Origin: a virus
DNA length: 64,000 bases
Virus record (IMG/VR): IMGVR_UViG_3300020446_000009
Location: 4,560-68,559 of that record
Strand: one strand, 5' to 3'
Shown piece by piece: positions 51,445-60,611 of this stretch (positions are counted from its first letter, which is position 1; every line of letters starts with the position of its first letter). The notes under the pieces were generated by a model. The model was given only the letters and a program-made list of their open reading frames with translations. It made no database searches and was not told where the DNA came from. Both the position numbers and the translations under genes were made by a program.

Positions 51445-52770
51445 TTAAAATGCTTTTAAATCGTTTGATTGAATATAATATGCTAATTCATTTATCAATA
51501 CAGTATCTTCAGCACTAAATGAGGGGTCTCCTTTTACTATCACTACCCCTTGAGGATTTTTACCTACAGCTTGTCTTCGTTTTAAATTTCCTACTGCGTT
51601 TTGATCTACAGTTTGAACTTCTAAAGTAAATCCATTTACATTTTTAGTTGGTTCAACTGCATCCTCAGTTTTAGCTTTATTTTCTAATTCTCTTAATTCA
51701 GAATTTATTTCATCTAATTGAGTATCAGGTGCACACTTAAATACTAATTGATCTATTGCCTTTAAAATTAACAACAAAATTACAATAGCGGCTACTAAAA
51801 AGACAAGGGCAACTATTAGGGCAATATTTAACTGTTTATTACTATCAATAAATTCTTGAATTACTTCTCTAACTTTTTGTATTTGCAATAAAGGAATAGG
51901 TATAGGAGGTGTAGTAGGGATACCGGCTAATGCAATATTAACTTCTTTAAGTTTTAAAGCTATAAAATTAAATAAAACAGCTAGAGCGGTATTGACTGCT
52001 ACCATTGCATATATTTGATTTAATTGCCTTACAATACTATTTCTTTTTCTAACAGCTTGTCTTAATTGATCAGGTGTAGGGCATTGGGCTTTTTTTAAAT
52101 CTGCAAGTTTAGTAATCCCAAATATTACAAGTAAACCAATAGCTAAAGGAATCAATTTAAATAAAATTATATTTTGCATTTTATAAATTGCCTTTCTCCT
52201 AATATTTACTACTTTTTCAGGAATGGAATATGCTAATTGTTTAGCTTCTTCTATTTTTTCATTTACTTGGTTTCTTACTTCTATAGCAGCTTGTTCAGCC
52301 GCCCTTGAGATATTAACTAACCCTTTAGTTTTTATATCAGTTTTAACTGCTCTTTCACTAGTTAAGACTTCTAAATTTGTAGGTACAAAACCTTTAGCCA
52401 TTACTAGCAATTGTGTTTGTACTAATGCTTTTTGATTGTAAGGAAGAATAGGAATACCTAACTCAATAGTAAATTGACCTTGGTCATCACTTTGAACTTG
52501 TTTACCCGTAGCTAGTACAGGTTGGATTTTAGCCTTAGATAGGGGTGTACTTGTAGTTTTATCAAATATTCTTCCTTTAATTTGGTATTTTTCAATTACA
52601 GGAATATAGGGTTTTAACCTATTTTCTATTTGTTCTGGGGATAGTTGTTCTTTAGTATCTTTAGCCTGTTTTTTTAAATTATTTATATCAAGATCAACAC
52701 CAATAGCTTTTTTACCCGCTTCGGTTTTTATAAATTCTTTTGCTAATTGTAAAAGTTCTTTTGATTCCAT
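51445..52770 (-). CDS. Hypothetical protein with beta-sandwich (carboxypeptidase-regulatory-like) segment and hydrophobic helices
   Basis: YQIKGRIFDKTTSTPLSKAKI; three long hydrophobic stretches. Confidence 0.5.
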   Translation of the reverse strand: MESKELLQLAKEFIKTEAGKKAIGVDLDINNLKKQAKDTKEQLSPEQIENRLKPYIPVIEKYQIKGRIFDKTTSTPLSKAKIQPVLATGKQVQSDDQGQFTIELGIPILPYNQKALVQTQLLVMAKGFVPTNLEVLTSERAVKTDIKTKGLVNISRAAEQAAIEVRNQVNEKIEEAKQLAYSIPEKVVNIRRKAIYKMQNIILFKLIPLAIGLLVIFGITKLADLKKAQCPTPDQLRQAVRKRNSIVRQLNQIYAMVAVNTALAVLFNFIALKLKEVNIALAGIPTTPPIPIPLLQIQKVREVIQEFIDSNKQLNIALIVALVFLVAAIVILLLILKAIDQLVFKCAPDTQLDEINSELRELENKAKTEDAVEPTKNVNGFTLEVQTVDQNAVGNLKRRQAVGKNPQGVVIVKGDPSFSAEDTVLINELAYYIQSNDLKAF

Positions 52771-54026
52771 TATAATACTTTTACTACTTTAGACTTATAT
52801 GAATCTTTCTTATCTTCAAAGGCATTTATTGTCTCTACTAATTGAGTAGCAATTGAGGGAGCTACTTTTAATGCTGGTTCTGTTGATAATGCGTTAGCTA
52901 ATTGTTTTAAAGTATCAAGTATACCTTCAAGTTCGGGCATAAATGTATCACCTAGTATAACAGGTTGATTTGCTTCAGAACTACCTAATTTTAATTCTCC
53001 ACTTTCAATAGCCATACTACCACTAGTAGAAATTCCAATTCCTTCATTAGCTGATAAAGAAACTGATTTTTGCCCTGATATTAATACACTATCTTTAGTA
53101 GAATTTAATAAAACTCTTTCTGAATTAAGAATTATTTGGGCTCCCTTATATGAATTAGGATATATAGGTGATTCTTTTAACCCAGTATAATTGGTAGAAG
53201 CCGCCTTAATAGGAATAAGTTGATTAGATGTTAAATAAATTGATGAAAGATCTTTATTTATATCTTCAATTTGTGGGATCCATCCTTCATCCCCCGAGTC
53301 TAAAGGTTGTCCATTACGTAATATAGTGATTGGGTTACCTTCTTCTCCATTTTCAGACCAATTATTTTTATATACTCCATTTGACCTAGCAGTTGAACCT
53401 AATCTTATACTATTACTAAATCTTCCTTCAAATATATTATCACCTACAAAAGGTAAAACGGGACGAATATCTGATTGTTCATTAAAAGTCCCACCCGTAG
53501 GGTTATCTCCCTGTAAATCTATTTCTGTAGACTCATCTTCCACTCTCCTAACAGATCCTCCTTCTATAGATTGATAATCTCTACGTTGTTCTGGGTCTTT
53601 TTTATTGTCAAAAACATTTGGGTATGCATTATGATGGGGATGATTCCAAAGGGATATAGCATTTAGATAATAGTATACTTGAGAAGAACTTTGTTTACCT
53701 ATCTCAGTATCTGGGAGATGTAAAAGTAAAACTATTTCATTTACTAATGGATAATTTTTAAATTGTGGAAAAAATGGTTTTGCAATTGGGGTAAAACTAT
53801 TTTTAAAAGATGGGCTAGATATTGGTTCAAAATTAATAGTTCCTATTCCGTTCCACCCTCCATATTTTTGAAATTTTTCTTGATTAGTTTCATCTAAAAC
53901 AATATCCGTTACTCTAGCAGGTATCATTTGTAGTTGCAATTTTTCAATTGAATCAACTAACTTTGATATATCACTACTAGAATTTAAGGATTGGCCTAAA
54001 TATGCAATTCCAGTTTTAAGAGCCAT
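52770..54026 (-). CDS. Baseplate hub/central spike protein (gp5/VgrG-like)
   Basis: YPLVNEIV OB-fold motif, GDNIFEGRFSNSIRLGS, beta-helix-like IILNSERVLLNS, QPVILGD. Confidence 0.65.
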   Translation of the reverse strand: MALKTGIAYLGQSLNSSSDISKLVDSIEKLQLQMIPARVTDIVLDETNQEKFQKYGGWNGIGTINFEPISSPSFKNSFTPIAKPFFPQFKNYPLVNEIVLLLHLPDTEIGKQSSSQVYYYLNAISLWNHPHHNAYPNVFDNKKDPEQRRDYQSIEGGSVRRVEDESTEIDLQGDNPTGGTFNEQSDIRPVLPFVGDNIFEGRFSNSIRLGSTARSNGVYKNNWSENGEEGNPITILRNGQPLDSGDEGWIPQIEDINKDLSSIYLTSNQLIPIKAASTNYTGLKESPIYPNSYKGAQIILNSERVLLNSTKDSVLISGQKSVSLSANEGIGISTSGSMAIESGELKLGSSEANQPVILGDTFMPELEGILDTLKQLANALSTEPALKVAPSIATQLVETINAFEDKKDSYKSKVVKVL

Positions 54027-54366
54027 TTTCTTCCTTAAAATTATTGTTTAGTTTATCTAATTCCTCTATTAATTGTTGTTTTTCTTCTTCACTAATCCCC
54101 AATGCTTCTTCGCCACTAGTATTGTTTAATGCGCGTTGCACTATAGTGGCCATTTTAATTAATTGTTCATCGTTTTTGACACCAATTTCTAAATAATCTT
54201 TGATGAGAGGAACAATTAAAGTTGCATCACCTATATCTTTTACAAGAGGTTTTAATTCAGAAATCAACCCCGAAATTTGGTTTTCTTTCTTTTTTTGGTT
54301 ATCATAAATTTCACCTAAAATATCCGAAAACTTCTTTTTTCCAAATACAATGTTATCCAGTGCCAT
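54016..54366 (-). CDS. Conserved helical phage protein
   Basis: Likely start MALDN at 54366 after the late motif; LIVPLIKDYLEIGVKNDEQLIK. Confidence 0.55.
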   Translation of the reverse strand: MALDNIVFGKKKFSDILGEIYDNQKKKENQISGLISELKPLVKDIGDATLIVPLIKDYLEIGVKNDEQLIKMATIVQRALNNTSGEEALGISEEEKQQLIEELDKLNNNFKEENGS

Positions 54367-54402
54367 GATGTTTTTGATCATAAATATGGATATAGTTAAG
54401 GG

Positions 54403-55113
54403 TTAGAATCGAGCGTAACCATTTTCAAGGTAAAATATATAATTACTCTTAAAAATTTCATGTAACTGGTTAGCTATTTTAGTAATCTTTGGTGTTTTTA
54501 CATCTACCATTTCACGAATGTAGATATATAATGCTTTTTTATTAAAAACATCTAAATCTTCACGTTTACGGAATAATTCCAATATTGCATCCGCTATTTG
54601 AGCATCATTTTTTTTAGGAAATAAGTCAAATATATTTTTAGTAGTATGGGCTACAAATAAATCTATGTATTTATCTAAATCGCTTTTTACAGCATCATCA
54701 CCCATATTGTAAGTGTAATTTGATCCTTCCTTAGAAAGTTCACTTACATCCGTTTTTTTAATCTTTTTATTATAATTTTTAGTATTATATAATATAAGCC
54801 AACGTTTAACTATAGTACCAAAATAAGAATAGGCTTTTGCCCCCCGAGAAGGATCAAATAAATGTATTTTTGATAATAAAAATGTAATTATTTCATGTTG
54901 TAGATGCTCCAAATTCTCTACTTCAGTATGGTAGAATTTGAAAGTATGTATTATATTTTGTGTGAGTTTGAAAAAGGGATAATGAATTTCTTGTTGATAT
55001 ATCATACTACGAACATCAGAATCTGGTTCGTTATTATATCTTACAATGGCGTTTTCGGTATCCTGGGTAAAATAGTTTTTACTCTTCTTCCTCCTTTTAC
55101 GAGGTTGTTCCAT
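54403..55113 (-). CDS. Phage sigma factor, T4 gp55-like late sigma
   Basis: KNYF start, then FDPSRGAKAYSYFGTIVKRWLI resembling sigma region 2 of gp55-like proteins; lies at the head of the structural operons. Confidence 0.6.
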   Translation of the reverse strand: MEQPRKRRKKSKNYFTQDTENAIVRYNNEPDSDVRSMIYQQEIHYPFFKLTQNIIHTFKFYHTEVENLEHLQHEIITFLLSKIHLFDPSRGAKAYSYFGTIVKRWLILYNTKNYNKKIKKTDVSELSKEGSNYTYNMGDDAVKSDLDKYIDLFVAHTTKNIFDLFPKKNDAQIADAILELFRKREDLDVFNKKALYIYIREMVDVKTPKITKIANQLHEIFKSNYIFYLENGYARF

Positions 55114-55116
55114 GTT

Positions 55117-55395
55117 TTAACTGTTAGTTTTAAATCGAGATAGTGCATTTTGCAACTTTTTTATTTCATTAAAAAACCAACCAATTTCATCATCTGAACT
55201 AAAACTACCCCTAGTGTCTAGTTCTTGAAGTTTTTTATCTGCGTCTTCAATTGATGATCGAAAATTATTAATAAACTCTCGCTGTGATACAATTATATCC
55301 TCTGCTTTCTCGTTTTTGATTAAAAGGTTTATGGTCGTATATCCAAAGATTACGACCACTGCACCAAGAATGTATATTATTATTTCTAATGTCAT
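55117..55395 (-). CDS. Small membrane-anchored coiled-coil protein
   Basis: N-terminal TM helix, FSSDDEIGWFF. Confidence 0.55.
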   Translation of the reverse strand: MTLEIIIYILGAVVVIFGYTTINLLIKNEKAEDIIVSQREFINNFRSSIEDADKKLQELDTRGSFSSDDEIGWFFNEIKKLQNALSRFKTNS

Positions 55396-56174
55396 TATAA
55401 ACTATCTAACATGGTTTTAAGACCTTCACTTTTAACTGTATTTAAAGCCTTAGATTTTAGGTTAGATTTAGGTTTTGACGATAATGTAAAATTTTTCTTT
55501 TGATTATCCACGTTATTTTCTCCTCTTAGTTTAGGTAGCCATTCTTGTTCAAATTCTATACGAGCAGCCATTAAATCAGCCTGGTGGAGAATATAAGGTA
55601 ATGAAGTACGTGGTTTTTGTTCGGGCATAAAAGTATGAAGGTATTTTTTATTAGATTCATCATATAACCCATCATGGGTCTTAATAGCCAACATTTCATT
55701 AAATGAATAAGATATATCATGTGCCTGGAGGAGATATAGACTTCTATCAGGTACGGAAGCAAAGGGTACTTTAGTATTAAACATATAATTTTCCCCTAGC
55801 TTATCTTTTCTCCATTGATCAGTTTGAGGTATATAGGAGGCATTTTCTTCATCCCCCATTTTACCTAAATCATGATTAATAGCAGAAAATACTAATTCTT
55901 CAATAGTAAAAGTACTAGTATCAACACCTTCTTCTTTCCACAATTCATATTGTTTAAGAGAACACCTAACTACTCTGTTTACATGATCTACATAACCTCC
56001 AGGAAAGGCACTATGATATTCTTTTTTATGGGCAGCGGGCATCATTACGATACGCTCCTCATATTTTTTATAAAATTCTAATAATTTTTCTTTTCTATTA
56101 GATGAAATATGTGTTCTTATATTATCAAGAAATATTCCCCAATTTGATTGGATTTTTTCGGCTGTCAAACTCAT
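55395..56174 (-). CDS. HD-domain phosphohydrolase
   Basis: HSAFPGGYVDHV, INHDLGKMG, HDG, HQAD. Confidence 0.85.
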   Translation of the reverse strand: MSLTAEKIQSNWGIFLDNIRTHISSNRKEKLLEFYKKYEERIVMMPAAHKKEYHSAFPGGYVDHVNRVVRCSLKQYELWKEEGVDTSTFTIEELVFSAINHDLGKMGDEENASYIPQTDQWRKDKLGENYMFNTKVPFASVPDRSLYLLQAHDISYSFNEMLAIKTHDGLYDESNKKYLHTFMPEQKPRTSLPYILHQADLMAARIEFEQEWLPKLRGENNVDNQKKNFTLSSKPKSNLKSKALNTVKSEGLKTMLDSL

Positions 56175-56177
56175 ATA

Positions 56178-56375
56178 TTAGTATTTATTAAGTTCGCTTG
56201 ATGCCATAGGCTCCGCCTCAACCATACTTCTAAGTTCTTCAACAATCCCTCCAGCTTTAACAATATTAGCTTTATAGGATTCAATAGGAGCTTGTGTATT
56301 AACAATACCTTGAAGTGTTGCTAATGTTGCCTCTAAATTGTCTAGTTTTCGATTAATTAAATTTCTATTTCTCAT
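56178..56375 (-). CDS. Small coiled-coil hypothetical protein
   Basis: 65 aa, GAGTTATG start context. Confidence 0.55.
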   Translation of the reverse strand: MRNRNLINRKLDNLEATLATLQGIVNTQAPIESYKANIVKAGGIVEELRSMVEAEPMASSELNKY

Positions 56376-56487
56376 AACTCATTTTTTTTAAAATTCCCCC
56401 CGGGTTATAACCTTTGTTCCTATCCCTTTTTTCATACAACCCGTGATATAAATATACAAGAAAGGGATTATTTTGTCACGCTATTTT

Positions 56488-56907
56488 TTAAATTTTATTA
56501 GTAATCTTATAAATTTTGTGAAGATGCGCACATTTTTCGTATTCTTCTCGTTCTTCAAAAAATCTTATTATTAATTTTAGTGTTTCTAACAAAACAGGTA
56601 TATTCTGTTTGGTAAGAGCATAAAGATGATTACTTTTATCTATATCTATATCTTTAATGTAATACCAAGCTCTATTAAATACGGTAAATTCTGAAGATTT
56701 TTTAGTCCCTATTTCATCAAAACTACCATCTACCTTTTTAAAGAATGCTTTTATTTTTTCATTAAACACAATATTATTATTTATCAATTTCATAAACATC
56801 CCAATTTTACCTTCGGGTGTTGACATAAAATCAATATATATTTCCTTAGCTGGGGTGCTGTTTTTTCCATCATCAAACAACCCAAATATTTTGTTTATAT
56901 TAGGCAC
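56488..56907 (-). CDS. Hypothetical protein with C-terminal UVR-like motif
   Basis: FFEEREEYEKCAHL. Confidence 0.55.
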   Translation of the reverse strand: MPNINKIFGLFDDGKNSTPAKEIYIDFMSTPEGKIGMFMKLINNNIVFNEKIKAFFKKVDGSFDEIGTKKSSEFTVFNRAWYYIKDIDIDKSNHLYALTKQNIPVLLETLKLIIRFFEEREEYEKCAHLHKIYKITNKI

Positions 56908-57079
56908 TACCTTGCAGTTTTAATTGTTTATACGCTATATAACCTGCATCACATAATGGGATTTCCTCTGATTCTTTGATTGAAGCACTTAATTTAGTCC
57001 ATTCCCTAAAAAACCCCTTTTTATGGGCTTTAAGACCTGTCTCCTCATAAAACTTGGCATCAAACTGTTCCATTGCCAT
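56900..57079 (-). CDS. Small hypothetical protein (59 aa; not in ORF track)
   Basis: MAMEQFDAKFYEETGLKAHKKGFFREW...QGSA*; fills the gap and directly follows an ATATTTATA motif. Confidence 0.55.
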   Translation of the reverse strand: MAMEQFDAKFYEETGLKAHKKGFFREWTKLSASIKESEEIPLCDAGYIAYKQLKLQGSA

Positions 57080-57087
57080 TATAAATA

Positions 57088-57276
57088 TTAATCTAACTTC
57101 TCTATTTCGGTTTCTTTTTCTTTGATTTTATCACAAATATTACTAAAACTTTTAACAATATCTATTTTATCCTTATTATCAGGATGATATTGCCATAAAT
57201 CTTCAGCCATACGATTTAATACAATAAGATCGTTAACTAAATTTTCTCTGTGTTGTTCTAAAGTTATTTCTTTCAT
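57088..57276 (-). CDS. Small hypothetical protein
   Basis: 62 aa, LWQYHPDN motif, coupled to the upstream gene. Confidence 0.55.
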   Translation of the reverse strand: MKEITLEQHRENLVNDLIVLNRMAEDLWQYHPDNKDKIDIVKSFSNICDKIKEKETEIEKLD

Positions 57277-57908
57277 TAGTCTACAATTATTTTTAATTCA
57301 TGTTCTGTTATTTCACTCCAACCTTTATCTGTATTAAATGTTGCTTTAACATAAACGGATAAGGTATCACCTTTCATTCGGTTATCCAAATAAAATTGTT
57401 GCCTGGGTTTATAAGTATATTTACTATAAGTGGCAAATAATCTATCTGAATAAGGGCAATCAAAACAAGTATTTTTAGTAATTTGATAACCCGCTATATT
57501 TAAAGGTTCCATTAATTTAGCTATATCGCTTATATCATAAGTTATATTACCAACAGGTATTTGAGCACCAGTTTGAGTTTGTAACCCAAAAGGAGAGTAT
57601 ACAGGTATAGTAAAGGATAAATCATCAAATGCAACCCAATAATTACTATCATAAGCAACTTCAACTAATGGTACATCATTAACAACATATTCTTCATACA
57701 ACTCATCTAATTTTCCAGCTACAGTAAAATACTTTGGACCCCAATATTCGACGTGCCAATACCCATTACCATCTTGATATGATTTAGGTGAATCAACATA
57801 AAATACAGAATCACATCTTCCATCTTTACACGGATAAAAATCAATATCATCCTGTTTATCACAGGCAATTAGAAATACAAATGGGATTAAAATTAATTTT
57901 TTAAACAT
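57276..57908 (-). CDS. Lipoprotein
   Basis: MFKKLILIPFVFLIA-C-DKQDD lipobox with an acidic Bacteroidota-style export signal. Confidence 0.7.
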   Translation of the reverse strand: MFKKLILIPFVFLIACDKQDDIDFYPCKDGRCDSVFYVDSPKSYQDGNGYWHVEYWGPKYFTVAGKLDELYEEYVVNDVPLVEVAYDSNYWVAFDDLSFTIPVYSPFGLQTQTGAQIPVGNITYDISDIAKLMEPLNIAGYQITKNTCFDCPYSDRLFATYSKYTYKPRQQFYLDNRMKGDTLSVYVKATFNTDKGWSEITEHELKIIVD

Positions 57909-57925
57909 AACCTTTATTTATAGTA

Positions 57926-57957
57926 TAAATGTACGAAAGGCTCCCTGGGGAGCCAAA
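57926..57957 (-). promoter_or_regulatory. Bacteroidota-type (-33/-7) promoter
   Basis: TTTG-N20-TACATTTA; spacer contains inverted repeat GGCTCCC-CA-GGGAGCC. Confidence 0.7.
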
Positions 57958-57973
57958 CGTACTATATAGAAAT

Positions 57974-58780
57974 TTATGCAACATACGTTAAAGCTGTTTC
58001 ATACATGTCAGCATTAACTTTCATATCTTGTCTAAAATTCTTAATTGGTCGAGCATATCTTCTCTTACCATTTCTAGTCATATATTTGAAATTACCTTCA
58101 ACTATATTTTCTTGAACTCTGTTAAATACTTCCCACAATCCATTTCCTGAATCTTGTGATCTTTGAGTTTCTAAAACTTGATTAATGGCTTGCTCATCAA
58201 ACGTATTATTAGATCCACCAACTCTAGTTTCAAGTAACTTTTTAGCAAAGTCAAGTGTTTGTTCTTCACTTAATTGAACTTGTTTCATCTTATTCATTGA
58301 TTCAACAGTTAAATCAAGATTTGAAATTACATTTTTAATTACACCTTGAAGTGTTTCAAAATCATAACCCATATGACGGATTCTAAACTTCTCAAATTGC
58401 TTAGTAGAAATAACTAAACCATTTTCACAAATCATTCTAAACAATCCAGCTTGAAATGAAAAACAACTTTTTCCATCATGTGAATTAGTCATTAGTATTT
58501 GTGGGTAAACAACATCATTATCTTTTCCTTCAATAACAACATCATTATTTCTAAAAACAACTAAATGCTTTTGATATCCACTATTTTTAGATCTACTATT
58601 TACTTGTTTAGCATCAACAACTTTCCATCCTAATAATTCCATATCACTAATAACTTTATCAGTAGGAATATGAGAATATTTTGAGGTAACCTCAGGCGAA
58701 CCAGTTTTAGTAAAAATAGTTGGAACGGTTTCTTTTAACTCATTTAAACTTAAAAAATTTTTGTTTTCGTAATTTAGCAT
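57974..58780 (-). CDS. DUF932/DUF945-family protein
   Basis: YSHIPT, KHLVVFR, LMTNSHDGKSCFSFQAGLFRMICENGLV, LWEVFNRVQEN. Confidence 0.8.
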   Translation of the reverse strand: MLNYENKNFLSLNELKETVPTIFTKTGSPEVTSKYSHIPTDKVISDMELLGWKVVDAKQVNSRSKNSGYQKHLVVFRNNDVVIEGKDNDVVYPQILMTNSHDGKSCFSFQAGLFRMICENGLVISTKQFEKFRIRHMGYDFETLQGVIKNVISNLDLTVESMNKMKQVQLSEEQTLDFAKKLLETRVGGSNNTFDEQAINQVLETQRSQDSGNGLWEVFNRVQENIVEGNFKYMTRNGKRRYARPIKNFRQDMKVNADMYETALTYVA

Positions 58781-58810
58781 AACTCTTATTTTTATTAATT
58801 ATTTACCTTG

Positions 58811-58842
58811 TAAATATACGATAGGCCTCCCGGGTAGCCAAA
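58811..58842 (-). promoter_or_regulatory. Bacteroidota-type (-33/-7) promoter
   Basis: TTTG-N20-TATATTTA. Confidence 0.7.
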
Positions 58843-58936
58843 TAGAATGTACATTACTTTTAATTTATTTTTTAATACAGCGTGTCCTTCGAAAGGCTCC
58901 TTTATACATTGTCCCATACTAATATCCATATATACT

Positions 58937-59230
58937 ATGATTCATCTAAAGAGTGATAATTTAAAGAAGTATTTAAGTATACTCCCAAAACGAGTAATGC
59001 TAATATTTGGTTCTCCGCAATGCAATGCATGCAAACAAACAATCCCACAAATTAAAGGACAATTTGGAGACAAAATATCACTTTTGTATATTAACGGTGA
59101 CCAATGGGAGAAAATTGCAGATGATTATGACATTAAATTTTACCCAACTCTAATAATAGTGGAGAATGGTAAAGAGAAAAAGCGTATAGAAAAAGATCAT
59201 ATAGAACAGTTAACTAAAATTATTAAATAA
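58937..59230 (+). CDS. Thioredoxin-like protein
   Basis: FGSPQCNAC (CxxC), YPTLII cis-Pro motif; probable start ATG 58937. Confidence 0.8.
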   Translation: MIHLKSDNLKKYLSILPKRVMLIFGSPQCNACKQTIPQIKGQFGDKISLLYINGDQWEKIADDYDIKFYPTLIIVENGKEKKRIEKDHIEQLTKIIK

Positions 59231-59231
59231 C

Positions 59232-59648
59232 ATGGAAGAGTATTTTTCGACACTATTACTACTAACATTTTTTAATGGAGGGCTAGCTATCACGATAGTA
59301 TATTATTTTATTGCGATACAGAAAGTCAAGGTAGCGTATGAGGCAATGCTGGCGTCGCAATCTTCCCTACAGAACCAACAGACTATCCAAAATACAATGT
59401 TGAGGGAGAAAGCTGATGATTTAGATATGCTAATTCTGGATATTCAATCAAAGATGGATGAAGATAATTATGCGGATCTGAGTAAAATAAATGCTAAGAT
59501 TAAGACTTTAGAGACGGTTTTGGAGAGTCATGCTAGGAGTTGGCAAATGGAGCAAGCTTTTGAGAAAAAAGTTCAAGAAAGTTTAGCAAACATTAAACAA
59601 TGGATGAAAAAAATGGGGGATGACCCGACTTTAATACGGGGTTATTAA
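59232..59648 (+). CDS. Membrane-anchored coiled-coil protein
   Basis: N-terminal TM segment followed by heptad repeats. Confidence 0.6.
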   Translation: MEEYFSTLLLLTFFNGGLAITIVYYFIAIQKVKVAYEAMLASQSSLQNQQTIQNTMLREKADDLDMLILDIQSKMDEDNYADLSKINAKIKTLETVLESHARSWQMEQAFEKKVQESLANIKQWMKKMGDDPTLIRGY

Positions 59649-59653
59649 ATGGT

Positions 59654-59815
59654 TTGGGAAAGAAAATCATCAAATGCTCTCAATGTGAAGAGGAATTTGA
59701 GAACGGTTATGAATATAGGATGCATTGGGAGGAAAAACATTTTTATCCTTACATAGGAAGAGCATCTTTTGACTATGAGCGAGCAAAAAAAGACAAAAAA
59801 CGAAAAGACTATTGA
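59654..59815 (+). CDS. Small C2H2 zinc-finger protein (53 aa; not in ORF track)
   Basis: TTG start; KIIKCSQCEEEFENGYEYRMHWEEKH matches C-x2-C-x3-F-x5-hydrophobic-x2-H-x4-H. Confidence 0.6.
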   Translation: MGKKIIKCSQCEEEFENGYEYRMHWEEKHFYPYIGRASFDYERAKKDKKRKDY

Positions 59816-59957
59816 ATTGGAAAAAGAGGAGTGCATTAGTTGTGGGGTAGAGACTCCAGAATACAGAAGCACTAACATATATTATAGACAATACTACATA
59901 GAGGGCGCCGGTCAACTATGTAAAATATGTTACGGTAACACATATGGGTGCTCTTAG
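59769..59957 (+). CDS. Small zinc-ribbon protein
   Basis: CISCG...YYIEGAGQLCKIC; true start may be TTG 59817. Confidence 0.6.
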   Translation: MTMSEQKKTKNEKTIELEKEECISCGVETPEYRSTNIYYRQYYIEGAGQLCKICYGNTYGCS

Positions 59958-60306
59958 GGAATGTAATGTATGTGGTAAGAAAAGGAATCATTCTAAATTT
60001 AAGCATCCGGGTAAGAAAACTTGTATAAGATGTGAGACTCGTTGGTGGATGCGAATCTTACGCCTATTGGTTATACAACGAAGGCTTACCCCGATAGAAA
60101 GATTAGCTAATAGAGCTGGATATATGGGATCTGCATTTATTATGATGTCGCCTTATTTGCTCCCATATGATGGGATAGGGGCTTACACATATGTTTTAGG
60201 TGCCATTTTATCAATACCACAAGTATGGTTAGCTAAACAATGGAATATTGTAATTATAAATTTTAATTTATTAGTAGGATACGGTCTGTATATATTTAAT
60301 CCCTAG
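59944..60306 (+). CDS. Zinc-ribbon plus membrane-domain protein
   Basis: CNVC...CIRC followed by three hydrophobic helices. Confidence 0.6.
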   Translation: MGALRECNVCGKKRNHSKFKHPGKKTCIRCETRWWMRILRLLVIQRRLTPIERLANRAGYMGSAFIMMSPYLLPYDGIGAYTYVLGAILSIPQVWLAKQWNIVIINFNLLVGYGLYIFNP

Positions 60307-60376
60307 GCGTAAGTTCTTTTAAAAGAAAGAAGTTGCTATTTTACTGTTTTTATCCAAGACGCCATAATGGGAAAAC

Positions 60377-60396
60377 GAGCCCCCAAATGGGGGCTC
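60377..60396. terminator. GC-rich hairpin at the convergence point, probable (bidirectional) terminator
   Basis: GAGCCCCC-AAAT-GGGGGCTC perfect 8-bp stem between convergent gene blocks. Confidence 0.6.
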
Positions 60397-60611
60397 TTGT
60401 ATATATTTGTATATATCACTCGATTGTAAAGATCGTGTTCGAACTGTAAATCCCCCTACACTTTTTTGCTTGCATATACACGCTATATGGATATTAATTA
60501 CGATGGTATTATAAACATATTACGTGCGGCGGTATGCTACGGTACGACAGTATGGGGCCTACCATACGGTACGCCCCTTCAAAAAATAAAAAATAATAAA
60601 GGAAATGTATA

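Larger units (their letters stand above)
4851..57088 (-). promoter_or_regulatory. Dispersed late-promoter motif ATATTTAT(A) upstream of structural genes
   Basis: Plus-strand ataaatat in intergenic gaps at 4851, 9958, 17992, 18033, 18612, 26292, 30387, 35423, 38065, 42794, 51433, 54380, 56448 and 57081; most lie within about 30 nt of a minus-strand start. Confidence 0.7.

Noticed and set aside
4851-57088. Plus-strand TATAAATA as T4-type late promoters driving antisense transcription
   Set aside because: The motif is positioned relative to minus-strand starts and no plus-strand genes follow it.
59645-59915. Minus-strand hydrophobic ORFs
   Set aside because: Antisense shadows of A-rich plus-strand zinc-finger genes.
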